NCBI GenBank assembly: GCA_963702895.1
Contig: OY969767.1
Location: 1,984,001-2,048,000, forward strand
DNA length: 64,000 bases
Origin: an uncultured Elusimicrobia bacterium
Lineage (GTDB): Bacteria > Elusimicrobiota > Elusimicrobia > 2-01-FULL-59-12
Reading direction: 5' to 3'
In this document: piece after piece, positions 42,546 to 51,264 of the stretch
Position numbering within the stretch: the first letter of the stretch is position 1
Layout: every line of letters begins with the position of its first letter
Program-made: the position numbers and the translations under genes
The notes under the pieces: model-generated
Told to the model about the DNA's origin: nothing
Database searches by the model: none
Seen by the model: only the letters and a program-made list of their open reading frames with translations

Positions 42546-44588
42546 CTATCGTGATAGGGAGACGTTGTTTTTCTGTAAGGGAGGATCCGCAGATTCTGCT
42601 CGGGCAGAAGAAGAGGCCCCCAGCTCCTCCTTCAGAACGCGCAGGATTTCACCAACAGACCAAGCCTGAGCAATACAACCTCGCGGATCATGAGGCATAT
42701 CACCATCAAAAACCTCTGAGACTGTTCCCAAGCCTGACTCCCAGAGATGGGTGAGGAGGAGGGCCAGATGGGCGCGGATATGCGAGTGCACTTTCGCCGA
42801 TTTGCCGTAGACCTTTTGATAGGCCGTCAGAAAAGGACCCATCAGCCAAGGCCATACCGTCCCTTGGTGATAGGCCGAGTCTCGGTCCGCGGGTTTCCCC
42901 TTGTAATACGGAAGATACCTCGAGTCTCGGGGATCCAAGGTTCTTAAACCAAAAGGCGTCAAGAGCCTCTCTTCGAGAATGGCCACAATACGCGACGCCC
43001 TATCGGGAGTCACGCTCTCAAAAGGAAGGCTCACGGCGAAAATTTGATTGGGACGAAGACTGGCATCTTTTTCCTGGCCGTTAATGCAATCGTAGAGATA
43101 ACCGCCCTCTTCATACCAGAAATGTTGATTGATCGTAGACCACACTTTTTCGGCAAGCCCCATCCATTTCTTGGCATGGTTCTTCTCACCGAGCCGACCT
43201 CCGATTTGCTCCATGACACGCAGCGCGTTGTACCAGAGGGCTTGAATTTCGATGGCCTTGCCCGCGCGCGGGGTCACGGCACTCTCACCCACTTTCGCAT
43301 CCATCCACGTGAGCGGCGTGCTGGATTGTCCAGAGTAAATGAGACCGTCAAGATCCATATGGATGTGATACCTCGTGCCATTCTGGTAATGCGCAATGAT
43401 CTCCTTCATGACGGTCCAGAGCCTCTCATGGACAAAATCAAAGTCTTTCGTGTAGCGGACATAGTGAAAAACTCCGAGGATAAACCAGAGGCTTGCGTCC
43501 ACAGAATTGTATTCCGGTGTGCCCTCCCGGTCTGGGAAAAGATTCGGCACCAACCCGTCTTTCATCGAACCCGCGTAGGTTTCGAGGATCTCGCGCGCCT
43601 CTGTGAAGCGCCCAGGCGTCAGGAGCAATCCCGGCAGGGCGATCAGGCTGTCCCGGCCCCAGTCTTCAAACCAAGGATAACCGGCGATGATGCTCTTGTG
43701 CCGAGCATGACTCGGGTCCGGGCGGTTCTGGACAATAAATTGGTCAGCCGCCAGGAGGAGGTGATGGGTCACATCATCCGAGGCTTCCCAGCCCACCAGG
43801 AGCGACTGGCGGCGCTTGCGCTCCGCAGACAACAGATAGGAAGCGTCAAAGTAACCAGACCCTTCTGTCGTGATCACTATAACGGCTTCCTGACCCGGCG
43901 TCAGGAGGAATTTGAAATGACCAGGCGACCAACAATCCTCGTGAGCCTCAAGACCGCGTTCCTCTTCGCCTGCGTAGGCGACTTGTCGATACCAATTGAA
44001 GCCCTGCACATACGCCTCGGCATTATGATGGAAGTAAACGCACGGCACACCCGGATAGGGGGTGAAAGAGCAGACGCCCTGAGCGAGCTCCGGTTGAGCG
44101 CTCAATTGTCGGTTTTCTTTGTGCAACGCATGGAAATCACGTCCCGTCAAAAGCGGTCGAAGAATCAACTCCGCGCGAGGTTCATCTTTACGAATTTTAT
44201 AGGTGAGGATCGCGGTGTTTTGACCGTGAATCATCGTGAGCGACTTTTCCAAAATAAGGGGCCCAATCCGATAGGTCCACAAAGGCCAGGGATCGAGGCG
44301 AAAACCCATGAGATTTTCGTGGCCGCGCGGGTGCACGACCCCGGGGTATTGGTGGCAGGATAAATCGTACCGGGCATCGCCCATCACGACCCATTCGTCG
44401 AGGCCGTTGACCAGCATCATGCGCCCGCCTGGCGGGCGCGTCGCGGCGACGAGGAGGCCGTGGTAGCGGCGTGTGTTGCAGTTGATGAGCGTCGAGGAGG
44501 CAAAGCCCCCCAGGCCGTTGGTCTCGAGCCATTCCTTGGACAGCGCTGTCTCAAAATCAGAACAGGTGTCCTTATCGAAGGCGATCAC
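42546..44588 (-). CDS. Glycogen debranching enzyme (amylo-alpha-1,6-glucosidase)
   Basis: EWLETNGLGGFAS, IIAGYPWFEDWGRD, TWMDAK, YHQGTVWPWL, AQAWSVGE. Confidence 0.9.
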   Translation of the reverse strand: MIAFDKDTCSDFETALSKEWLETNGLGGFASSTLINCNTRRYHGLLVAATRPPGGRMMLVNGLDEWVVMGDARYDLSCHQYPGVVHPRGHENLMGFRLDPWPLWTYRIGPLILEKSLTMIHGQNTAILTYKIRKDEPRAELILRPLLTGRDFHALHKENRQLSAQPELAQGVCSFTPYPGVPCVYFHHNAEAYVQGFNWYRQVAYAGEEERGLEAHEDCWSPGHFKFLLTPGQEAVIVITTEGSGYFDASYLLSAERKRRQSLLVGWEASDDVTHHLLLAADQFIVQNRPDPSHARHKSIIAGYPWFEDWGRDSLIALPGLLLTPGRFTEAREILETYAGSMKDGLVPNLFPDREGTPEYNSVDASLWFILGVFHYVRYTKDFDFVHERLWTVMKEIIAHYQNGTRYHIHMDLDGLIYSGQSSTPLTWMDAKVGESAVTPRAGKAIEIQALWYNALRVMEQIGGRLGEKNHAKKWMGLAEKVWSTINQHFWYEEGGYLYDCINGQEKDASLRPNQIFAVSLPFESVTPDRASRIVAILEERLLTPFGLRTLDPRDSRYLPYYKGKPADRDSAYHQGTVWPWLMGPFLTAYQKVYGKSAKVHSHIRAHLALLLTHLWESGLGTVSEVFDGDMPHDPRGCIAQAWSVGEILRVLKEELGASSSARAESADPPLQKNNVSLSR

Positions 44589-44789
44589 CCCGCCACCTCT
44601 TTGTGAAGGTCCACCACTTGTGGACGGTCGCCAGAACCCTGGCGACCTTTCGCTCGCGACGGGAGCGAAAATTCACAAAGAAGTGTTGGGGTCACAGAGG
44701 AAAGTCTACAATAATTTTCTTTCGACGCAAAAAGAGCGGGCCGGCCCGCGAGGGCCGGCCCGCTGCCAACAGCAGCGCGTCGAGGATCG

Positions 44790-45908
44790 TCAGAAGAACA
44801 GGAACCAGTCCGCGCTGATCGTGTTCTGAACCCGCACGGCGGATCCATCATGGCGGACAAAGTAAGCCTGATTGGACCAGTCATGCCGGTATTCACCGCG
44901 CACACCCATATTCGAGGTGAGCATATACTTTTGTGTGAGGGTGATGTCTTTTACGGTCTGGTTGGTTGACCCATCAGCAAAGGCCGTTGCCCCAAACCGA
45001 TTGGCCCCGTGCTGATCCGCCAAAACTTCGAAACGGACGCTGGTCGAAGTCTTCGCCGTCTCGGCAAAAGTCGCCCAGAGGCCTGCGCCAGACCAATGGG
45101 TCGTGCCAGAGGTGTTCGGATCAACCGTTTGCTGGCCCCAATCGAGCTGCCCAGCGAAGCTCAACTTCTCAGTGGCCGCCAACGTGACCACCGTGTCCAA
45201 CGAGAGTCGAGTGGAGTTCGTCGGATCCGGGAGTTCCTTGCCATAGAGGCCCTGGAAGAACCAAGCAACCTTCTTCGTTGGCGTCACAACGGTTTGCCAA
45301 AGAAGAGTCTTGGCCGTATTGTTGTCTGGATTGGTCGTATCCCAGCCATTGACCACACCCAGCGTCGCGTTCACCTTCTCGGAGAAGACATAGTTGGCTT
45401 TGAGCCCCGTATGCGTAACAGGCTCTGCGAACGTGTAGAGCAAGCCTTCCGAGAAGTTCGGATTGCTGACACTGTCGACCAGTTCGTACCCGAAAGGCGT
45501 CACAAACTTTCCACCGATGACCGAGAGTTTCGAAGTCGCGGCATAGGTCAGATACGCTTCCTGGACCCAGAAGTTCGAGCTATTCCCGGAGACAACGGTG
45601 GCATCCTGCCCGGTGCGGAACCGGGTGGTAAAGCCAACTTTGTCTTCACCCACCGGCTTCGCGATTTGCAACAGGAAGGTGTTGAAGTTGAAGCCGTTGG
45701 AATCCGTGTCGAACAGACGCCCGACATTGTTGACTTTGCCGCCACTGCCGTCGGTTGGCTTATTCAGATTGCCAACATAGGATGCTTGAAGATAACCACT
45801 CATCGTAACGGCGTCATACCATTTCGTATCGGCGCAAGTTGCACTTACGGCAAGCGTTCCGACCAGCCCCTGCGAAAGAACCCATCTTGACAACATCCTG
45901 CTTTTCAT
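44790..45908 (-). CDS. Outer-membrane beta-barrel porin
   Basis: Signal peptide, QEAY, GKF.TP.GYE, EYRHD, C-terminal Phe; SD AAGGAGG. Confidence 0.8.
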   Translation of the reverse strand: MKSRMLSRWVLSQGLVGTLAVSATCADTKWYDAVTMSGYLQASYVGNLNKPTDGSGGKVNNVGRLFDTDSNGFNFNTFLLQIAKPVGEDKVGFTTRFRTGQDATVVSGNSSNFWVQEAYLTYAATSKLSVIGGKFVTPFGYELVDSVSNPNFSEGLLYTFAEPVTHTGLKANYVFSEKVNATLGVVNGWDTTNPDNNTAKTLLWQTVVTPTKKVAWFFQGLYGKELPDPTNSTRLSLDTVVTLAATEKLSFAGQLDWGQQTVDPNTSGTTHWSGAGLWATFAETAKTSTSVRFEVLADQHGANRFGATAFADGSTNQTVKDITLTQKYMLTSNMGVRGEYRHDWSNQAYFVRHDGSAVRVQNTISADWFLFF

Positions 45909-45931
45909 TGTGTCCTCCTTTTGATTTCAGG

Positions 45932-46000
45932 AAAAAGCGAAGGCGTTACCACCCACTTCACGAACGCCTGCGTTCGGTTCGACCGGTACTCCTTTGTACC
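45932..46000 (-). promoter_or_regulatory. ANTAR-type tandem hairpins overlapping a terminator-like stem upstream of the porin
   Basis: GGTAC-AAAGGA-GTACC then GAAC-GCAGGC-GTTC, overlapping the AGGCGTT/AACGCCT stem and T-run. Confidence 0.55.
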
Positions 46001-46026
46001 CTCCCCCGCCCATGTGAGCTTGCCAC

Positions 46027-46344
46027 TTAGAAGACGGCCTTAGCCCCTTTTTCTCCTGTCCGTATTCGAACCACTTCATCGACGGGAAGTACCGCGATTT
46101 TCCCGTCGCCAAACTTGCCCTGACGAGTAACTTTTAAAATGGTCGCGATGAGGCGTTCGATTTCGATATCCAGGGCAAAGACTTCAAGCTTCATCTTCGG
46201 CATCAGGATCGCCTTCCCTTTGCCCTGCTGCTTTCCGAAACCTTGAACGGCATAAGCGCTCAGGCCACCCACCCCGGCCTTGGCCAATGCCTTGATGAGA
46301 TCTTCCATAGATGATTCACGCACAAAACATTCAATTTTTTTCAT
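46027..46344 (-). CDS. P-II family nitrogen regulator with shortened T-loop
   Basis: MKKIEC, GFGKQ, PK.KLE, GDGKI, VRIRTGE. Confidence 0.9.
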   Translation of the reverse strand: MKKIECFVRESSMEDLIKALAKAGVGGLSAYAVQGFGKQQGKGKAILMPKMKLEVFALDIEIERLIATILKVTRQGKFGDGKIAVLPVDEVVRIRTGEKGAKAVF

Positions 46345-46361
46345 TTCCACTCCAGAACAAC

Positions 46362-46425
46362 AAAAAAGGCGACCGCCACGATCGTGGCTGCCGCCGTCAT
46401 TGGATGCCTCTACACTTCACTGTGC
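46362..46425 (-). promoter_or_regulatory. ANTAR-type tandem hairpins overlapping an intrinsic terminator upstream of P-II
   Basis: GCAC-AGTGAA-GTGT and CC-AATGAC-GG (A1/G4 hexaloops); second overlaps the GGCGGC...GTCGCC-TTTTTT terminator. Confidence 0.65.
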
Positions 46426-46490
46426 TGGTCGTAACTTTAGCAGATCACGAAAAGATCGGTCAAGAAGTAAATGAAGTAAAATAAGGGACG

Positions 46491-47171
46491 ATGAACAAAG
46501 AATCGGCGTTTATCGAGGCGTTTAGGACCACCCGCATTATCCGACCGCCGACGCATACGATCGCGACGTTCGGGACCACCACGCTGCGCTACGTCCTCTT
46601 ATCCAGGATCGCGGAGCAGCCGGACTTCTGCCGGCTGCGCGAAGGTGAAGTGACGGCCGAACGCCCCAAGATTTTGACACCGGACTTTTGGAAAAAGCGC
46701 TTCGAAGGCTTCGGGGAGGACGAAGCGTATTACGGTGAAGAATTGGCCAAAGCCTATGGCGAGGCGCTGAAAGGTCTTGAATACAGCTTTCGGAACAACC
46801 TCAAAAACACATCGCTCGAGCATGCCTCTCTGCCCGAGGTTTCCGACCGAACGCGGAAAATCATGGAACAGGAAAACGCGCCGCGCACTTCTCTTTTGGA
46901 AGGACCAGACGGTCAGTGGTCGTTATCCATCATGAAATTTATTGTCGATATGAGCCTTCGCTCGTTTCCGATGAACTTTCGGGAACTGGAGGATCGCGGC
47001 CTCTTTGATCCAGGCAAACGACAGGAGAACCGTGAGCGGCTGGAAATCGAGAAGCTCTTTGGGCAGGCGCAGGTGGACCGCTCGAAAGTGAGCGGGCTGG
47101 GCGATTATCTTCGACGTTCAGGTTATTTCAACGATTACGAGGACAGGTTCTTTTCACTGATTCAGCGTTGA
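46491..47171 (+). CDS. Hypothetical protein
   Basis: 226-aa ORF filling the gap; TFG.T..Y, RP.I.TP, FEGF; TAAAAT upstream. Confidence 0.7.
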   Translation: MNKESAFIEAFRTTRIIRPPTHTIATFGTTTLRYVLLSRIAEQPDFCRLREGEVTAERPKILTPDFWKKRFEGFGEDEAYYGEELAKAYGEALKGLEYSFRNNLKNTSLEHASLPEVSDRTRKIMEQENAPRTSLLEGPDGQWSLSIMKFIVDMSLRSFPMNFRELEDRGLFDPGKRQENRERLEIEKLFGQAQVDRSKVSGLGDYLRRSGYFNDYEDRFFSLIQR

Positions 47172-47455
47172 AGTCCCTTGGGCTCTTGGGAGAGCTCGCT
47201 CTCCGGGATGTCGTAGATCTGAACAAGACGGACAACCCCAAAAGGCTGAAGGAGCCTCTGGCTGGCAACACGAATGGTCTCGGGAGATTCTGAAACATCC
47301 AATAAGCGGGCGTTGAGCTCATGGCTTGTCCCGAGGAGCGCCCGAAAGGGGTAAGTCAGCGTCTCGCCCCACGATCCCGGCATCGAGACCACAAAATAGG
47401 CGGCCAGAAAAACGACGAAGGCAAAGCAGAGCGTCAGAAAAAGAGGACGTTTCAC
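47162..47455 (-). CDS. Small membrane-anchored hypothetical protein
   Basis: N-terminal hydrophobic helix; TAGAAT 6 nt upstream of GTG. Confidence 0.5.
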   Translation of the reverse strand: MKRPLFLTLCFAFVVFLAAYFVVSMPGSWGETLTYPFRALLGTSHELNARLLDVSESPETIRVASQRLLQPFGVVRLVQIYDIPESELSQEPKGLQR

Positions 47456-47466
47456 GGAGTTATTCT

Positions 47467-48249
47467 ATGAAAATCTATACCAAAACGGGTGACGATGGCA
47501 ACACGGGGCTCCTTGGGAACGTGCGCGTCGGCAAGGACTCTTCTCGCCTTGAAGCCTGTGGGTCCGTGGATGAGACCAATGCTGCCCTGGGCGTGATCCT
47601 CGCCTTCCTGCCCGAACAAGTGCAGGAAGCCCGAGCATGGCTTGGCGGCATCCAAAGTGATCTTTTCATCCTGGGAACGCTTCTCGCGACCCCGCCTTCC
47701 GACACAAAAAAGCACGCGGAACTGCCCCCCCAGCGTCTCCAGGCGCTGGAGACCCATATCGATCAGATGGAGTCGGAGCTCAAAGAGCTCACGCAATTTG
47801 TTTTGCCGCAAGGCACGCCTGGCGCAAGCTTGGCTCATCTGGCGCGCGCCATCTGTCGGCGCGCCGAGCGACGCGTGGTGAAACTGGCGCGCGAGGAACG
47901 TGTCGACAAAGTGATCCTGGCGTATTTGAACCGCCTCTCTGACTTTTTATTTGTCCTGGCGCGCTGGATCAACGCTCAAGAAGGCGGCGCGGAGGTGAGC
48001 TGGTCATACTCCACAGCCGACGGTGCAAAGACCACGAGCGAAACCGCTCGCCCGGCTGACCGCTTGGGTTCGACTCTCAAGAAGCTTGAGACCGAGAAAG
48101 AAAATCGAAAAACGCTTTTTGAGAAGACGACCTCGCAGATCCAGAAGAAGAAAGAGATCGCCGACAAGCTTTTTCGCCAGAACATCGATCAGATTAACAA
48201 AGAAGGCGGAAAAGTCGAGAAACCCCTCCGAGACTTTGATCTCGAATAA
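47467..48249 (+). CDS. PduO-type cob(I)alamin adenosyltransferase with C-terminal coiled extension
   Basis: MKIYTKTGDDG.T, GSVDE.N, RAICRRAER, YLNRLSDFLF. Confidence 0.9.
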   Translation: MKIYTKTGDDGNTGLLGNVRVGKDSSRLEACGSVDETNAALGVILAFLPEQVQEARAWLGGIQSDLFILGTLLATPPSDTKKHAELPPQRLQALETHIDQMESELKELTQFVLPQGTPGASLAHLARAICRRAERRVVKLAREERVDKVILAYLNRLSDFLFVLARWINAQEGGAEVSWSYSTADGAKTTSETARPADRLGSTLKKLETEKENRKTLFEKTTSQIQKKKEIADKLFRQNIDQINKEGGKVEKPLRDFDLE

Positions 48250-48251
48250 AC

Positions 48252-49025
48252 CTATATTTTGACGATTTGGGGCAGTGGGACTTTGGGTGTGCAGATCACC
48301 AGTTGTCTCTGTTGCACGGCAATCCAAGCTCCCGTCAGTTCAGGAAGCGGCTCTGAGGCGATGACGACGCTGGTGGGCAGTGTCGCGTAATAGAGCGTGT
48401 AGTAGGCGGCTCGATCATCGACCGTTTCCCCCTTCTCCAGGCGCCGGTCCCCGTACTCGCGATAGGCCCAGAGACGTTTGCCATCACTTAAAAAAAAGCT
48501 CAGCGATGTGAAGACGAGTTCCTGCCGGACCTTTTTGAGAATGTCCACCAGCGCGCGTGTCGGGTCAATTTCTGGTTGGATTTGTTCATAGAGCCAGTGG
48601 AAAAATCGTTCACTGTCCGTGCTGCCAAAGGGCTGCGCGGAGATGAGCGGAAACGACCCCACAGCGCCAAAGACGGTGCCGTTGTGGGCGAAGACCCAGT
48701 CCTGGTAGTGGAAGGGATGCGTATTGGCAATCGATCTTTCCCCTTCCGAGGCTTTTCGAAGATGCGTGATGAGGATGGGCGACGATGATTTCACGGCCCG
48801 CGCGGCTGCCTCTTGATAGGCAACATCGCATTCTGCGGCTGATCGCGCATCCCGTCCAAAATAAACCGCGCGACCTGAGCTAAAACCCGAGATCCCCCAC
48901 CCATCGAAATGCCCTGGCGTCATTCCCTTTTTGACGCCACCCTTTTGGCAAAGGGGATAAAAGGAGCTCAGCGCCTGTTCAAGCGGTAAGGGCGGGGGCC
49001 CCGCGATAGCCATCATCCGACACAT
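48252..49025 (-). CDS. Class II glutamine amidotransferase (YafJ/EgtC-like)
   Basis: MCRM, DGWG, HLRKAS, NTHPF, HNG, TDSE. Confidence 0.88.
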   Translation of the reverse strand: MCRMMAIAGPPPLPLEQALSSFYPLCQKGGVKKGMTPGHFDGWGISGFSSGRAVYFGRDARSAAECDVAYQEAAARAVKSSSPILITHLRKASEGERSIANTHPFHYQDWVFAHNGTVFGAVGSFPLISAQPFGSTDSERFFHWLYEQIQPEIDPTRALVDILKKVRQELVFTSLSFFLSDGKRLWAYREYGDRRLEKGETVDDRAAYYTLYYATLPTSVVIASEPLPELTGAWIAVQQRQLVICTPKVPLPQIVKI

Positions 49026-49086
49026 GCGATGTGGAATGAAAGCAAATTCAGCTTGATCCCGGCAACAAGGAAGGTCATACTGGGCT

Positions 49087-49863
49087 ATGCGCGTCCTTCA
49101 AACCTTCTTCTTGTTGGCACTCTGTGGCGCGACCGCCTGGGGTCGCACCGGGCCCGTGATCATCAAAACCTATACGGGCCAGCACCAGGATCACTTCATC
49201 TCCCAGTATGACCGTGTGCGGCTTCTCACACGCCAGGCACAGTTGCAAGCCTCGGCACGACTAGGCCTGCTTCAGTATCGTGAAGGATTCTCCTTTCCAC
49301 TGACGATTCGCTTTGCGGATGGGGCCCCCCAGGGCATCCAGAATGCCGCTGCCTATGTTCGTTTGCTCTCTGGCCCTGAAGGATTTTCTCAGGAACTCGT
49401 GGTGAACCTGGATGCGGCTAGTCAGCTGGACATGGAGTTCGATTCTCTTTTCCTGCACGAGATGACCCATGCCGTCCTGAACGATGCCGTGGGGGGCCAA
49501 GCGGCCACGAAGATCCCTCATTGGGTCCAGGAAGGGTTGGCACAATTGATCTCCGAAGAAGGGATGAACCGGGTCAAGAAAGCAGCGGGAGCTTACAGAA
49601 AATCGCAGGTTAAGGCCCTCCTCTATGACCTGGACGGCCCCTATTCCAGCCACGCCTATCCCCAGTACTATCTGGCCATCGAAGCGATGGAGGCGCGGCA
49701 CAGCATCAACGCCGTTCAGGCTCTGGTGAGGAACCTGATCGAGGGAAAAACCGTGATCGAGTCCGTGGAGGACGCCGCCGGCTGCCCCTGGACAGAATTT
49801 GAGAAGGAAGTTCGTGACTATAGCCTCAAAGTGCTGATCGAGCACGCCCGCCCTGATCTCTAG
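49087..49863 (+). CDS. Exported zincin-type metallopeptidase-like protein
   Basis: Signal peptide, HEMTH, PHWVQEGLA. Confidence 0.75.
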   Translation: MRVLQTFFLLALCGATAWGRTGPVIIKTYTGQHQDHFISQYDRVRLLTRQAQLQASARLGLLQYREGFSFPLTIRFADGAPQGIQNAAAYVRLLSGPEGFSQELVVNLDAASQLDMEFDSLFLHEMTHAVLNDAVGGQAATKIPHWVQEGLAQLISEEGMNRVKKAAGAYRKSQVKALLYDLDGPYSSHAYPQYYLAIEAMEARHSINAVQALVRNLIEGKTVIESVEDAAGCPWTEFEKEVRDYSLKVLIEHARPDL

Positions 49864-49912
49864 TAATAACAAGCGATCCTAAGACGCCTCCCTTTCGTAT
49901 CGGTTAGACCGC

Positions 49913-50510
49913 ATCAGGTTCAGGGTTCTTCCGGGCTCCGATATGCCGATTCCAGCTGTCCTACCTACACCCAGGGAGGGGATCCGTCCTCTTTCTTGCG
50001 CGAGAGGATTTCTGCCGCCGGTTCGGATGGACGAACCCCCCATCCCCCGTCTGCGACGGGGAGTAAGCACGTCCATCCTTCACCGGCCTGGCAAATCCTA
50101 CGCGCAAATCCAGAGGCCGGATCCCCTTATCCAGAATTCATCAGGTCATCACCCCCGCGGAAGCGAGGATTCATCATGCCGAAAGACGGTCCTTTGTCCA
50201 TACTCGATTTTCCCCGGGAAACTTCAGTTAAACCGATTTGGATTTCTCAGACAAAGCGCCTTGTGATGAATGTCTCAAGGCGCTCTTGCCGAGTGGATCG
50301 GCGATCCAAGGAGACAATGGAATTAGTATTCAAGGCAAGAATGATCAGGTTCAGGATTCTGGAGGGCGACTGTGCGGCTTTAGCGACGAGAGTCGGAACG
50401 TTCTGGATGGCGCCAGACGTCATAAAGCCATCCAGGTCCGACTGAGGAGCGATCCAGCCGCCGCGGCTGGAAAAGGCGCACCGGAGCCCGGAAGAATCCT
50501 GAACCTGATC
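49913..50510. other. Highly structured non-coding block bounded by 44-bp imperfect inverted repeats (ncRNA or MITE candidate)
   Basis: 49913-49956 vs 50466-50509 inverted at 38/44; several internal long hairpins. Confidence 0.55.
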
Positions 50511-50580
50511 CGGCCTGGATAAAGCTACGACAATCAGGTTGCCCATGAAAATGGGCGATGGACCGAAGGAGAAGAACCGC

Positions 50581-50586
50581 TATAAT
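50581..50586 (+). promoter_or_regulatory. Putative -10 box of the ssrA promoter
   Basis: TATAAT 20 nt upstream of the mature tmRNA 5' end. Confidence 0.55.
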
Positions 50587-50606
50587 AAGGCGTAGATCTT
50601 TGATTT

Positions 50607-50975
50607 GGGGCTGAATAGGATCGACAGGGTTAGACGGAGCGGATGGTCGCAAGCCGTGGTTGGTCAGACCCACGTTAAAATCCGGCCAAAAACCAACTGG
50701 CGAACCTGAACTCGCCCTCGCTGCCTAAACCGTAGCGAGTCCGGGGCTTTGCTCCGGCGCTCACCCTCGACCTCGCCTGTGGGCGGGGCGTGAGTGTCAT
50801 GATGCAGGCTAGGCCGCCAAGCGCGCCTTCGCGAAACGGCCGAAACGCAGCAAGGCTGGGCCGGGAGAATGCGGTACGCAGCTACCTCCAGGCCGAGACT
50901 CAAGAGCGCACTAAGCTTGTAGTGACGCCGCCAGGCTGATCTTGGACCCGGGTGCAATTCCCGGCAGCTCCACCA
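50607..50975 (+). ncRNA. ssrA: tmRNA; tag peptide (A)GEPELALAA
   Basis: 5' GGGGCTGAATAGGATCGAC; 3' CCGGGTGCAATTCCCGGCAGCTCCACCA with G3:U70; tag frame 50699-50728 ending ALAA-stop. Confidence 0.96.
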
Positions 50976-50989
50976 GTGGTGATAGAGAA

Positions 50990-51023
50990 AAGGCCCTCGG
51001 TCGTTACAGCGACCGAGGGCCTT
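50990..51023. terminator. Hairpin directly downstream of ssrA
   Basis: AAGGCCCTCGGTCG / CGACCGAGGGCCTT 14-bp stem. Confidence 0.7.
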
Positions 51024-51264
51024 CCTTATTGTGCACTGGTGGAGCTGCCTGTCCCCGAAGGTCGCAATTCGTATAGCGACCGGAGTGGGACGGCAGCGAG
51101 ACCGCTATTTACGCTGGTGGAGCTGCCTGTCCCCCGTAGCCTGCTGGCGTCGTGTGCCAGCGCCCAGGCGAAGGGGGGCGGCAGCGAACAGAATGGTTGA
51201 GTGTCAGGTAAAAGCAAAAGTCTTTTTTTCTTACAGACTGTAAGAGATTGGGCAGGCGCGGGTT

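Noticed and set aside
44421..44439. GCGCCCGCCTGGCGGGCGC palindrome in the debranching gene as an inserted element
   Set aside because: It encodes part of the normal N-terminal motif region with no evident extra residues and lacks the ACAC/ACTA loop.
13997..47466. Long N-terminal extensions of ORFs 12410-14383, 27992-29251, 35633-36688 and 47326-48249
   Set aside because: They overlap neighbouring genes; the recognisable domains begin at downstream starts.
49913..50510. RNase P, SRP RNA or group II intron
   Set aside because: I could not find their hallmark motifs (GAGGAAAGTCC, the SRP GGAA-loop domain, domain V) on either strand; 6S is not excluded without a covariance search.
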